Below, piece by piece: positions 47,941-57,217 of a stretch of 64,000 nt of DNA. Source of the DNA: Dehalococcoidia bacterium (lineage in GTDB: Bacteria > Chloroflexota > Dehalococcoidia > Lucifugimonadales > QGNO01); contig OZ240235.1 of NCBI GenBank assembly GCA_965197965.1, positions 1,189,820 to 1,253,819 of the forward strand. Reading direction: 5' to 3'. Position numbers and translations under genes: made by a program. The first letter of the stretch is position 1. Every line of letters begins with the position of its first letter. Under the pieces are notes generated by a model, which worked only from the letters and a program-made list of their open reading frames with translations, searched no databases and was not told the origin of the DNA.

Positions 47941-49024
47941 AACGACAACCTGGCCTCTTGACCCGCACACCAAAGGCAAGCACATGGTGCTAAAGCACTA
48001 CATGGGAGCATTGCTACCTATCTTGACCAGTTGGAACGGACGGGTTCTATTTATCGACGCATTCGCAGGGCCTGGCGAATACTCAAACGGAGAGCCTGGG
48101 TCACCCGTCATAGCGTTGCAGGCGCTGATTGACCATCGCGACAGAGATCGAATCCGGAGTGAAGTCAACTACTTTTTTATCGAGAAAGACGAAGCTCGGA
48201 GCAAGCACCTTGAAGAGGCTCTTGGAGAGCTTCAGCCATCGCTGCCTCCCAACTGCAACTACGAAGTCATCAACTCGACGTTTGACGAAACGCTCTCAGG
48301 TGTTCTCGACAATATCGACCAACAGAACGCCCGTCTAGCTCCCGCATTTGTGATGATCGACCCGTTTGGTGTCTCCGAGACGCCGATGAGTACCATTGGA
48401 AGGATACTGAAGAATCCCCAATCGGAAGTCTACATCTCGTTCATGTATAGGGATATAAACAGGTTTAGGGAACATCCTAATTTTGAAAGACACCTAGACG
48501 AACTGTTTGGTTGTTCAAGATGGCGGCAAGGCATAGACTTGGCCGAAGGTAAGGAGAGAAAGGACTTCTTCTATAGCTTGTACAAGGATCAACTTAAGGC
48601 CAACGGAGCTAAGTACGTCGTACACTTTGAACTATACGAGGCGCAGCAACTAGTCTACGCAATCTTCTTTGGCACTCAACAGCTAAAAGGATGCGACAAG
48701 ATGAAGCAGGCAATATGGAAGGTCGCGCCGTTCGGTGATTTCAGATTCCGCGGGAGTCAACTTAGTCAATTTGTACTTGGGGAAGGACTGGTTGATTTAA
48801 GCCTCCTTGAGAAGGCACTTCAAGAGCAGTTCCGCTCGAGAGGATGGCAGAAAATAGAGGACGTGGAAGACTTTGTGAAGTCCGACGCCACAGGCTTTCA
48901 TTCTGGCCATCTCAAGCGCAAGACTCTCACCCCGATGGAGAAGAACGGCAAGATAGAAGTGGAACGTCCCCCAGGTAGAAGCAAGGCATACTTTTCTGAT
49001 GGAACACGTATTCTTTTCCTGTAA
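47930..49024 (+). CDS. tcmP: three-Cys-motif partner protein TcmP
   Basis: 364 aa. W.LDPHTKGKH.VLKHYMGALLPIL......FIDAFAGPG.Y matches the TIGR04474-type N-terminus (from memory). Overlaps the Gp37 gene by 11 nt. AT-richer. Confidence 0.7.
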   Translation: MPPRTTTWPLDPHTKGKHMVLKHYMGALLPILTSWNGRVLFIDAFAGPGEYSNGEPGSPVIALQALIDHRDRDRIRSEVNYFFIEKDEARSKHLEEALGELQPSLPPNCNYEVINSTFDETLSGVLDNIDQQNARLAPAFVMIDPFGVSETPMSTIGRILKNPQSEVYISFMYRDINRFREHPNFERHLDELFGCSRWRQGIDLAEGKERKDFFYSLYKDQLKANGAKYVVHFELYEAQQLVYAIFFGTQQLKGCDKMKQAIWKVAPFGDFRFRGSQLSQFVLGEGLVDLSLLEKALQEQFRSRGWQKIEDVEDFVKSDATGFHSGHLKRKTLTPMEKNGKIEVERPPGRSKAYFSDGTRILFL

Positions 49025-49105
49025 TGGAGCATAAAGGGCAGGCTAGAATTTACTACTGCCCTGAACCCCCTTGTCTCTTTGCCTGTTTACGACCAAAATA
49101 CAGCA

Positions 49106-49783
49106 ATGCTCCTCGTCATAGACACCTCTACCAGATACGCCGGCGTCGCCCTTGCCAGCGAGACGCGGATTCTCCAGGCCGCTCACTGGCGCTCCCGGCA
49201 AAACCACAGCGTGGAGCTCCTTCCCACCATCGAATCTCTGCTGCAACGAGAGTCGACATCCGTGGAAGAACTGACCGGTGTTGCCGTCGCCATCGGCCCC
49301 GGCGGATTTAGCGCCCTGCGAGTCGGCATCAGCGTCGCCAAGGGCCTTGCTTGGTCCTCGGACCTACCCCTGGTTGCCGCCACCACCCTTGAGATGGAGG
49401 CCTTCCCCTATATTCAGGCGGGACTGCCCGTCTGCGCCGTGCTAGACGCGGGCCGTGGACAGGTAAGCTGGGCACTGTTTGAAGCTCGTGGAGATCGAAT
49501 AGCGCAGACCTCCGAGGAGGCCATCGCCACCCCTCAGGAAATCCTTCAATCGCTTTCCGGCCCCTCTATTCTCTGCGGTGAAGCATTGGAGTTGCACCGG
49601 GAGGCGTTCACCGCCGGCATGCCGCCTCACGTCAAGCCGGCGCTTCCCTACCTGCCCGGCCAGAGACTGCTTTCGCTTGCCTATCTTGGCCTATCCAGGC
49701 TTCAGGCCGGGCTGACCGTCGACGTACTCTCCGTACAGCCCCTCTACCTTAGGCGTCCCACAATCACCGAGCCACGGCGCTAG
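49106..49783 (+). CDS. tsaB: tRNA t6A biosynthesis protein TsaB
   Basis: MLLVIDTSTRYAGVALA..., AVAIGPGGFSALRVGISVAKGLA. ATG 49106 (the track start 49079 is TTG). Confidence 0.8.
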   Translation: MLLVIDTSTRYAGVALASETRILQAAHWRSRQNHSVELLPTIESLLQRESTSVEELTGVAVAIGPGGFSALRVGISVAKGLAWSSDLPLVAATTLEMEAFPYIQAGLPVCAVLDAGRGQVSWALFEARGDRIAQTSEEAIATPQEILQSLSGPSILCGEALELHREAFTAGMPPHVKPALPYLPGQRLLSLAYLGLSRLQAGLTVDVLSVQPLYLRRPTITEPRR

Positions 49784-49911
49784 TTACTTCATCCGCCGTT
49801 GACGCCTTCAAGTCCTCACGGTAGCATTACGGAAACCGTAATCCAATGAGCCCGTTTCCTTGCCCGGCAAGCAATGCGGTAAAGACGGGCGGCATTTAAG
49901 AGAGGCTTCAT

Positions 49912-50364
49912 ATGCAACGAACCCTGGTACTTGTCAAGCCTGACGGCGTGCAGCGCGGCCTGATTGGCGAGGTCATTTCACGCTTGGAAAACCGCGGCCT
50001 CAAAATAGTGGGGCTAAAGCTCCTGCAGATGTCCGATGATCTAGCGCACAGCCACTACGGCGCCCACGTAGACAAGCCGTTCTTTAAGGGGCTGGTCAGC
50101 TTCATCACTTCGGCGCCCCTGGCGGCCATGGTCGTTGAAGGAAAGGACGCCGTGGATGTTGTGCGGAAGACCATGGGCGAAACCGATCCTGCAAAGGCCG
50201 GACCCGGTACTATTCGCGGCGACCTTGCCCAGGATATCGGACGCAACATCGTCCACGGCTCGGACTCTCCGGATGCCGCCGCCAAAGAGATAGCCCTCTT
50301 TTTCAAGCCTTCCGAGGTGGTGGACTACGATCGGAGCACAGACCCCTGGCTCATTGAATCCTAA
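49912..50364 (+). CDS. ndk: nucleoside-diphosphate kinase
   Basis: 150 aa. [30 protein letters not shown] active-site His. Confidence 0.95.
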   Translation: MQRTLVLVKPDGVQRGLIGEVISRLENRGLKIVGLKLLQMSDDLAHSHYGAHVDKPFFKGLVSFITSAPLAAMVVEGKDAVDVVRKTMGETDPAKAGPGTIRGDLAQDIGRNIVHGSDSPDAAAKEIALFFKPSEVVDYDRSTDPWLIES

Positions 50365-50740
50365 CGATCTGCTTTGCCCTGGACCAGCGTTCTTCCAACC
50401 GGTAATACTCCCGTTCCTGGGGGGCAAAGAGATGGGCGATAACATCCCCAAAATCCAACAGGAGCCATCCTGAGTCCAGCCCGCCTTCACGGTGATGCAG
50501 CGCACTCCCCGACTGCTTCAACTGCTGCGCCACGTCCTGGGCCAGCGCTTCCATCTGGCGGCGGCTCTCCGCAGTCAGTATTACAAAGAAGTCCGCAAAG
50601 CTGCTCAACTCACGGATATCCAGCAACAGGATGTCCGATGCCTGCTTCTCTTCCGCTACTTCTACTATCTTGTGCGCTACTTCCAGGGGTTCCAGGCGTT
50701 GCTCCTTATTTGTAGACACCCCAATTATAGGAACACGCAT
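50351..50740 (-). CDS. rsfS: ribosome silencing factor
   Basis: 129 aa. [55 protein letters not shown]. The 3' end overlaps ndk by 14 nt. Confidence 0.9.
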   Translation of the reverse strand: MRVPIIGVSTNKEQRLEPLEVAHKIVEVAEEKQASDILLLDIRELSSFADFFVILTAESRRQMEALAQDVAQQLKQSGSALHHREGGLDSGWLLLDFGDVIAHLFAPQEREYYRLEERWSRAKQIVRIQ

Positions 50741-50827
50741 ACGTTCCGGTCAATTTTAACGGAGCATCCTCAGCCGGATGCCCAGCAAAGCAGGCTACCG
50801 GCGCCGTATGCTATCCTTATAGCTGAT

Positions 50828-51922
50828 ATGTCTACTGCCAAGCCCCGTGTGGTCGTCGCCATGAGCGGCGGCGTCGATTCCTCCGTTGCGGCCCTCCTCC
50901 TCAAGGAGCAGGGCTACGACGTAGTGGGCGTTACCATGCGCCTGTTCCCCTATGATGAGGACAACGCCCTCACCCAGTACAACAAGGGGTGCTGCACCCC
51001 GCAGGACGTGGAAGACGCCCGGCGCGTCTGCCAGATCATCGGCGCTCCCCACTACCTGATGAACTTCGAGCGCGAGTTCCAGCAGTTCGTCATCGACTAT
51101 TTCTGTGACGAATACGCCCGTGGACGCACCCCGCACCCCTGCCTTGCCTGCAACGATAAGATCAAGTTCTCCTTCCTCTTCCAGCGCGCCATTGCCCTGG
51201 ACGCCGGATACGTCGCCACCGGCCATTATGCCCGTGTCCATGAACAAGACGGCGCATACCGGCTTCTCAAAGGCATAGATCAGGCCAAGGACCAGTCCTA
51301 CGTCCTCTTCACGCTGCGCCAGGAGGAGCTGCGACGCACTCTGCTGCCCGTGGGCTGGTACACCAAGCCGCAGATCCGCGACTTTGCTCTTAACGCCGAC
51401 CTGCCCGTGGCCGGCAAGCCTGACAGCCAAGAGATATGCTTCATCCCGGACGGCGATTACCGCTCCTTTATCAAAGAGCGCGTTGTTCCCTCTCCCGGCG
51501 AAATTGTGGACACGGAAGGCAACGTTCTTGGCTGGCATAACGGTGTCCAAGACTTTACCGTCGGGCAGCGCCGCGGCCTGGGAATCACCGCGGGCAAGCC
51601 CCTGTTTGTTCTCGGCATAGACGCCCAGCGGCATCGAGTGATTGTTGGCGAAGCGAAAGACCTGCTCAGCCATGCTCTGCAGGCTTCACAGGTCAGCTTC
51701 ACAGGCGGCGCTCCTTCAGGCCCTGTCCAAGTCGACGCCAAGATTCGCTACAAGGCTTCCGAGGCGCCTGCCGTCCTCTACCCCAGCGGTGACTCCGCTG
51801 TCATTCGCTTCCAAACCCCTCAGCGCGCCGTCACGCCCGGCCAGGCCGTCGCCTTCTACCGCCAAGACGAGCTCATCGGCGGCGGCATCATTGAAGGCCC
51901 CCTCTTGGATTCGCTGGCGTAA
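50828..51922 (+). CDS. mnmA: tRNA 2-thiouridine(34) synthase
   Basis: ATG 50828. VVVAMSGGVDSSVAA PP-loop, GCC.PQD, CN..IKF, DQSY.L. The track ORF start 50492 is antisense to rsfS. Confidence 0.95.
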   Translation: MSTAKPRVVVAMSGGVDSSVAALLLKEQGYDVVGVTMRLFPYDEDNALTQYNKGCCTPQDVEDARRVCQIIGAPHYLMNFEREFQQFVIDYFCDEYARGRTPHPCLACNDKIKFSFLFQRAIALDAGYVATGHYARVHEQDGAYRLLKGIDQAKDQSYVLFTLRQEELRRTLLPVGWYTKPQIRDFALNADLPVAGKPDSQEICFIPDGDYRSFIKERVVPSPGEIVDTEGNVLGWHNGVQDFTVGQRRGLGITAGKPLFVLGIDAQRHRVIVGEAKDLLSHALQASQVSFTGGAPSGPVQVDAKIRYKASEAPAVLYPSGDSAVIRFQTPQRAVTPGQAVAFYRQDELIGGGIIEGPLLDSLA

Positions 51923-51934
51923 CCCCTCCACCTG

Positions 51935-51971
51935 TTGCCCGCTTGCCTTTTTGCCCGCTTGCCCGTCTGCC
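51935..51971 (+). repeat. 37-bp TTGCCCG-rich repeat, left of vapBC
   Basis: TTGCCCGCTTGCCTTTTTGCCCGCTTGCCCGTCTGCC, 34/37 identical to 52782-52818. Related tracts at 24600-24640, 35860-35890 and 35985-36010. Confidence 0.85.
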
Positions 51972-52021
51972 GTAAGCAACCTACACTATTCCCATGTCCC
52001 CGGAGCACTGGGGCTTCTCCC

Positions 52022-52417
52022 CTATTGGACTGACGGATTGCCCGATATGGCCGCGAATGTCTGGTCAAAGGTCTTGATGTCTCGAACCCCACGCCTTCTG
52101 CAACTGGCTAGGTGGCAGAGGTCCCGGGCCTGTAGCGCGGGATATTGCTCGTGGAGTTGACGGGCCAGAGCCACGTCCGCCTCATCCAACGGCCAAACCT
52201 CAACTCCGGCGCTTGCCATCAAACCTAGCGTCGCATCCAAGGTTTGCAGTCTTCCGGTGGGTAAATAAGCATGGGCCAGTTCCTGCATTACCTCTGCTGA
52301 AGTACACAGCGGCATCCCACTCCGATTGGCTTCGATGAAGAAGTCCTGGGCGTATGTCCGGAGTGCGTGAGGGCGTCCCACCGCGTACATGAACACGTTG
52401 GTGTCAACGAATATCAC
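52022..52417 (-). CDS. vapC: PIN-domain toxin (VapC family)
   Basis: 131 aa. MIFVDTNVFMY with acidic PIN residues. 4-nt overlap with the upstream antitoxin gene. Confidence 0.8.
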   Translation of the reverse strand: MIFVDTNVFMYAVGRPHALRTYAQDFFIEANRSGMPLCTSAEVMQELAHAYLPTGRLQTLDATLGLMASAGVEVWPLDEADVALARQLHEQYPALQARDLCHLASCRRRGVRDIKTFDQTFAAISGNPSVQ

Positions 52418-52689
52418 GTGCCCGTCACTCCTGCCCCGCGGGACTTGTTCATAACGCGCAGGTGCTCATCCCAATCCGGTTCCGTCTCCGGACCATCCAG
52501 CGCTGCGCAAGTCCGGAAGAACTCCTTTACCTCATCCGGGGACTCGAACACCTTGACGCGCTGGCGTGCTTCAAGGCGCTCTCGGGCGGCTGCACGCAAC
52601 CACGCGCTGAGGGACATGCCCTCCTGCCGGGCCTGGTGAACGAAGCGGTCTCGGTCTGCATCCGGCATCACCAACTGCACTCTGGCCAT
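52414..52689 (-). CDS. VapB-type antitoxin candidate
   Basis: 91 aa, upstream of and overlapping vapC. ...RDRFVHQARQEGMSLSAWLRAAARERLE is RHH-like. Confidence 0.6.
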   Translation of the reverse strand: MARVQLVMPDADRDRFVHQARQEGMSLSAWLRAAARERLEARQRVKVFESPDEVKEFFRTCAALDGPETEPDWDEHLRVMNKSRGAGVTGT

Positions 52690-52781
52690 ATCTACCTCCA
52701 GATGACCTACGGTGAGTGTGTAACATCGTTACACATACGCTTTTCGAAGTCAAGCGACTGTACGAGCCTACTACTGCCCTT

Positions 52782-52818
52782 TTGCCCGCTTGCATTTTTG
52801 CCTGTTTGCCCGTCTGCC
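52782..52818 (+). repeat. 37-bp TTGCCCG-rich repeat, right of vapBC
   Basis: TTGCCCGCTTGCATTTTTGCCTGTTTGCCCGTCTGCC. Confidence 0.85.
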
Positions 52819-52869
52819 CCGACATTTCCACCTTGTAACCCCAACTCGCCATCGTGTATCGTCTCATCC

Positions 52870-53871
52870 ATGAAGCCGACCTGGTTAGAAGAGAACCTCC
52901 TCATCCAGAAAGGCTACTCGCTCATTGCCGGAGTTGACGAAGTGGGACGCGGCCCCCTGGCCGGCCCAGTCGCCGCTGCCGCCGTCATCCTGGACCCCGG
53001 TGCTGACCATGACTGGTATGAAGACCTGGACGATAGCAAAGTCGTTCCTCCCCGCAAGAGGCAGCAACTGGCCAAGCTGATCCATGCGCATGCCAGCGCC
53101 GTCAACGTCGCCTTCGTTGAGTCGCAGGAAATCGATGCCTTCGGCATTGTCCCCGCTACCAAAACGTCCATGGCTCGCGCCATCGCCGGGCTCAAGGTCA
53201 AACCCGACCACGTCCTCATCGATGCCGTTCCGCTGCCTGAGATCAGCATCCCCTTCCGCGCCGTGATAAAGGGCGACGCTCTCTGCCGCTCCATAGCCGC
53301 CGCATCCATTGTGGCCAAGGTCGCCAGAGACCGCCGCATGAGGCAGGAGCACCGCATTCATCCCGCCTACGGCTTTTCCAGGCACAAGGGATACGCCTCA
53401 CCCGAGCATCTGAAGAAGCTCGATGAGCTTGGCCCCTGCTCCATCCACCGCCGATCATTTGCTCCTATTCGCAATCTTCTCCAGCCTCCCGCCGACGTAT
53501 CTGCCAGCACTCGCTCCCGTGGCCGCGCCGCCGAAGCCGCAACTGCCGTCTTCCTGGAATCGCGGGGGTATCGCGTACTGGAGCGCAGTTTCACCTGCCG
53601 CTGGGGAGAAATCGATCTCATAGCTCAGCACGGCGAAACCATCGCCTTCGTAGAGGTCAAGTCCCGTCGCAATAGCTCCATGGGTACTCCGTTCGAATCC
53701 ATAACGCGGAAAAAGCAGCGCAGTCTCGTACTTTCGGCACAGGAGTTCATTCAACAGCGCAGCTTGGAGAATGCGGCGTGGAGAATCGACGTTGTCTCGG
53801 CGCGCTTGAAAACCTCCAACGATGGCGCTTATTCCTTCGAGCACTTGGAGAATGCCGTCATGGGCTTTTGA
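52870..53871 (+). CDS. rnhB: ribonuclease HII fused to a YraN-family (UPF0102) endonuclease domain
   Basis: ATG 52870. RNase HII motifs IAGVDEVGRGPLAGPV, DDSK, SIAAASIVAKV. The C-terminal ~120 aa GRAAEAATAVFLESRGYRVLERSFTCRWGEIDLIAQHGETIAFVEVKSR matches YraN. One continuous frame. Confidence 0.85.
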   Translation: MKPTWLEENLLIQKGYSLIAGVDEVGRGPLAGPVAAAAVILDPGADHDWYEDLDDSKVVPPRKRQQLAKLIHAHASAVNVAFVESQEIDAFGIVPATKTSMARAIAGLKVKPDHVLIDAVPLPEISIPFRAVIKGDALCRSIAAASIVAKVARDRRMRQEHRIHPAYGFSRHKGYASPEHLKKLDELGPCSIHRRSFAPIRNLLQPPADVSASTRSRGRAAEAATAVFLESRGYRVLERSFTCRWGEIDLIAQHGETIAFVEVKSRRNSSMGTPFESITRKKQRSLVLSAQEFIQQRSLENAAWRIDVVSARLKTSNDGAYSFEHLENAVMGF

Positions 53872-54212
53872 CGTATTGCCGTCCAGCCCTTGACACGCCA
53901 AAACGGTAGAGGAGTAGACTGGGAGCAGCCCTGCACAACCTCCACTGGGCCGTTGCTGCGGCGCTTCTCGCACCCCGATGCGCCAGGCCTGTATATATCG
54001 GTTGTTCAGGGCTACTTGCTTATATTACGCAGGATGCTAGGCCTTGGATTCATCAGACGGACATGATTTAAGCGGAACGGGCCGCCCAATCCCAAGGAGC
54101 AGTTCTCTCTCATCCCAACGGGTCGCACCTGCTCTCTGCACTGACTCCGTTAGATATGACTAACGCTATGTGGTAAAATTCTCTGACTCACAAACCGTTC
54201 GGCCATACCAAA

Positions 54213-54551
54213 ATGCCTATCCATGACTATCGTTGCAAGCAGTGCGCAAAAAGGAGCTCTCACTTCTTCCGTTCTTTCTCAGAGGTGAGCCAGCCTGATT
54301 GCCCGCACTGCGGCAGCTCCAACGTTGTGCGCCTCCTCTCCAAATTCGCCGTCCACCAGTCATGGGACTCCGGCATAAATCTTCCTTCCCAGGAAACCAT
54401 GTCCGACTTCGATGAGAACGACCCTGATAGCATGAGGCATTTTGTGCAAGGCATGCGCCGCGATATGGGTGACGAGTGGGGACACGACTTCGACGAGTTT
54501 ATTGAAGAGGCCGAAACGGAAAGAATGACCGACGATGGGTTAGACTACTAG
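54213..54551 (+). CDS. FmdB-family zinc-ribbon protein
   Basis: MPIHDYRCKQC....CPHCGS; acidic tail. Confidence 0.75.
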   Translation: MPIHDYRCKQCAKRSSHFFRSFSEVSQPDCPHCGSSNVVRLLSKFAVHQSWDSGINLPSQETMSDFDENDPDSMRHFVQGMRRDMGDEWGHDFDEFIEEAETERMTDDGLDY

Positions 54552-54611
54552 TCGCCTCTCCCGGCGTTGTGCAGATCCAGCATCTAAGCAGAAGAGGAAT
54601 TTCTTATACAT

Positions 54612-55589
54612 ATGACCTTTGAACCTAATGAAGTCGCCTTTACCTCATCTACCATCTACCGCCTGGCCCAGGCCGTGGAAACGCATGTCCAAAACCACGA
54701 GTTGGCGGCGCGTCTCCGGACGTTGGCCGTCCGGATAGAGTCGCAGCCTTACATTGGTGATTCCCCGGGACTCTCGGAAACGGCCTCCCTGGCATCCGGA
54801 TTGAACCGCTTCATTGGCTCTCTGCGTCACTTTGGCCGCAAGCAGCACGACGCCAGGGTTGCCGCGGACCTCAGGGAAATCCTGCAAGTAACGGAAAACG
54901 CCCTCGCCGCACAGGCCAGAATGTCGGGCGCCCAGCGCGTCGCCGGTCTCTATGTCATAGTCGATCCTGAGCACACCAACGGTAGAAACGTGGTCGACGT
55001 CGCCCGCGCCGCCCTCAAAGGCGGGGCATCTGCAATTCAGTATAGAGACAAAGTCCACACCATAGGTGAGCAGCTACCCGTGGCCCATGATTTGAGGGAC
55101 CTGTGCGAACAATACAACGCCTCTTTCTTAGTCAACGATAGCGCCAGTCTGGCCACGTCATCCGGTGCTCACGGCCTTCACCTTGGGCAGAAAGACCTGC
55201 CCATATATGAAGCGCGCCGTATTCTCTATTCAAGCCAGTTCATCGGCAAGTCCAATGCTCTGCTGGAGGAAGCCCAGACCGCCCTGTCTGAAGGGGTAGA
55301 CTACATTGGCGTTGGCGCAATATTCCCCACCAACGCAAAGACGAATATACGGCTCGCCGGCATAGAGACCCTGCGCATCGTGCGGCAATTCGTTTCAGAC
55401 ATTCCACTGGTGGCTATAGGCGGCATCGACCTGGACAATCTAGACGCTGTCCTCAACGCCGGGGCCGGCAGCGTTTGCGTAATCAGCGCTGTCTGCCAAG
55501 CCAGCGATCCGGAGCAAGCGGCCGCTGTTCTGGTGGAACGCATCAAAGCACACCAAGCCGCCGCGGCGGAGGACGCCGGTGGAGTATAG
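54612..55589 (+). CDS. thiE: thiamine-phosphate synthase with an N-terminal extension of about 110 aa
   Basis: The C-terminal ~210 aa has LYVIVDP, IQYRDK, LVNDS, GLHLGQ.D, IGVGAIFPT..K, VAIGGI. The N-terminal part is unrecognised. Confidence 0.8.
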   Translation: MTFEPNEVAFTSSTIYRLAQAVETHVQNHELAARLRTLAVRIESQPYIGDSPGLSETASLASGLNRFIGSLRHFGRKQHDARVAADLREILQVTENALAAQARMSGAQRVAGLYVIVDPEHTNGRNVVDVARAALKGGASAIQYRDKVHTIGEQLPVAHDLRDLCEQYNASFLVNDSASLATSSGAHGLHLGQKDLPIYEARRILYSSQFIGKSNALLEEAQTALSEGVDYIGVGAIFPTNAKTNIRLAGIETLRIVRQFVSDIPLVAIGGIDLDNLDAVLNAGAGSVCVISAVCQASDPEQAAAVLVERIKAHQAAAAEDAGGV

Positions 55590-56235
55590 CCAAGCACTAT
55601 CTCTCATAGCGAGTCAGGCACAAAGCAAGCTGGCTCTCACTCATCAAGCCCGTGAGCAGGCTTTACCGCTAAGCCGCAAGATAATCCAGCTTTCCGCCGC
55701 CGCCATACGTTCCGCTCACCGCCGTGAATTCGACGACTCTCGCCGCATCCTTGCCCAGGCAAAGGACAACATAACGCAGCTGAAGCACGCACTGGCAGAC
55801 CACCCGGACCTCTACCACTCCGGCTACGTATCAGACGCACAGAAAGAGTACGCGGAGGGCTGGGCAACTCTGGCCTTTCTCTCCGGAGATACGCTATCTG
55901 GCCCGGACGAGCTGGGTATCCAGATGTCCGCCTACCTCAACGGCCTGGCCGAAGCAGCCAGCGAGTTGCGTCGCAGCATCCTGGATGCTTTGCGCCGCGA
56001 CGACATGGCGCCCTGTGAGACCTGGATGCAGACCATGGACCAGGTCTATAGTCTCCTCATCACATTGGACTTCCCGGAAGCGGTCACAGGCGGCCTGCGC
56101 CGCACCACGGATCAGCTTAGAGGAGTTCTGGAGCGCACCCGCGGAGACCTCACCATGGCCTTGCGCCAGCACTCCTTGGAACAACGCCTTTCAGATTTCC
56201 AGTCCTCTGCCGGAGGCCCAGATACCCACGGTTAG
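55579..56235 (+). CDS. translin-family (COG2178-like) protein
   Basis: 218 aa, GTG start overlapping the thiE end. AREQALPLSRKII.LSAAAIRSAHRREF..., DAQKEYAEG, YLNGLAEAASELRR, LRRTTDQLRGVLERTRGDLT follow the archaeal/bacterial translin-like pattern (from memory). Confidence 0.6.
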   Translation: MEYSQALSLIASQAQSKLALTHQAREQALPLSRKIIQLSAAAIRSAHRREFDDSRRILAQAKDNITQLKHALADHPDLYHSGYVSDAQKEYAEGWATLAFLSGDTLSGPDELGIQMSAYLNGLAEAASELRRSILDALRRDDMAPCETWMQTMDQVYSLLITLDFPEAVTGGLRRTTDQLRGVLERTRGDLTMALRQHSLEQRLSDFQSSAGGPDTHG

Positions 56236-56240
56236 CCGGA

Positions 56241-56906
56241 CTAGCTGAGTCTATCCCTCGTCCCCATTGCTTCCAGTACGCTTGGGTCGGAAAGGACCAG
56301 CGGCGTTGTCTTGATATGCTCCGGGGACACTATCCCCGCTGAGAACACCATCCGCATTGCCTGCGGCACCGTCAAGTCCGTGTCCAGCACCTGGTCAAGC
56401 GGTATTATTGCCACCCAACCTGAGTTTGGCAGTGGCGCCGTTGGCACGTACACCACCGCCAGGTTCATCCCTTCGGAATTTTGAGTAAGGCTGGTCAAGA
56501 ATCCCACGCTCCAAGCGCCCGTCCTAGGATACTCTATCAAGACAACCCGCTTGAACCCGGTCTCGTTGACCCTGGAACCGGTAAAAGACTCTACAAACTG
56601 CCTGGACGCAGAGTAGATGTGTCCCACCACGGGAATCCGCAGAGTAAGCGCCTGTCCCCACCCAATGGCTATCCTTCCCGGGCCAACGGCAAAGAACAGA
56701 CCGGCCAAATACAAGAGGAGCAATGATAGGACAAGACCCAGGCCGGGGAAACCTATGTCCACTCCGTACCGGTCCAAGACCCACTGCACCACCGGCTGCA
56801 ACAGGCCGTCCAGCGTGACAAACAGCCACCGCACTACTACATACGTCAGCGCCAGGGGAACAAGCAGCAAAATCCCAGCGAGCAGGGCGCGCCGCAGATG
56901 GCCCAT
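56241..56906 (-). CDS. DUF502 membrane protein
   Basis: Start at ATG 56906. LLLVPLALTYVVVRWLF, RIPVVGHIYSASRQ, VYVPTAPLPNSGW. Confidence 0.7.
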   Translation of the reverse strand: MGHLRRALLAGILLLVPLALTYVVVRWLFVTLDGLLQPVVQWVLDRYGVDIGFPGLGLVLSLLLLYLAGLFFAVGPGRIAIGWGQALTLRIPVVGHIYSASRQFVESFTGSRVNETGFKRVVLIEYPRTGAWSVGFLTSLTQNSEGMNLAVVYVPTAPLPNSGWVAIIPLDQVLDTDLTVPQAMRMVFSAGIVSPEHIKTTPLVLSDPSVLEAMGTRDRLS

Positions 56907-57217
56907 GAAACGCCGTTCAGTCCTCCCTACGAAACTACGACGCAGCAGGATTGACAGACGTCTTCTTCTCTGGTTTCCTCGCTTTTCTTTCACCTATTCC
57001 TCAACTGCAGACCACTATACCTACGATTATACCAGAGCCTTGTCTGCCTAGCCGTCTTCAGATTCTGCTTCCACTCACCTTGAGTATATGTTGCAGGCTG
57101 AGCGGGCCGCATTCCACACGCCACTGATCTAGTCGGATACATGCCGTACATGCGTACAGCCCCTTGTCAAATGAAACCAACCGATGGTAGCCTGCGAATC
57201 ACGGAGGTGATGAAGCC

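Noticed and set aside
47146-49024. Prophage, because of the 'phage Gp37/Gp68' family name
   Set aside because: No capsid, terminase, tail, integrase or lysis genes are nearby, and the flanks are ferritin and tsaB. It is treated as a two-gene islet.
54552-54611. Expected TPP riboswitch upstream of thiE
   Set aside because: The gap is only 60 bp and no CTGAGA / ACCTGATCTGGATAATGCCAGCG-like core is visible. The 53872-54212 region also lacks it.
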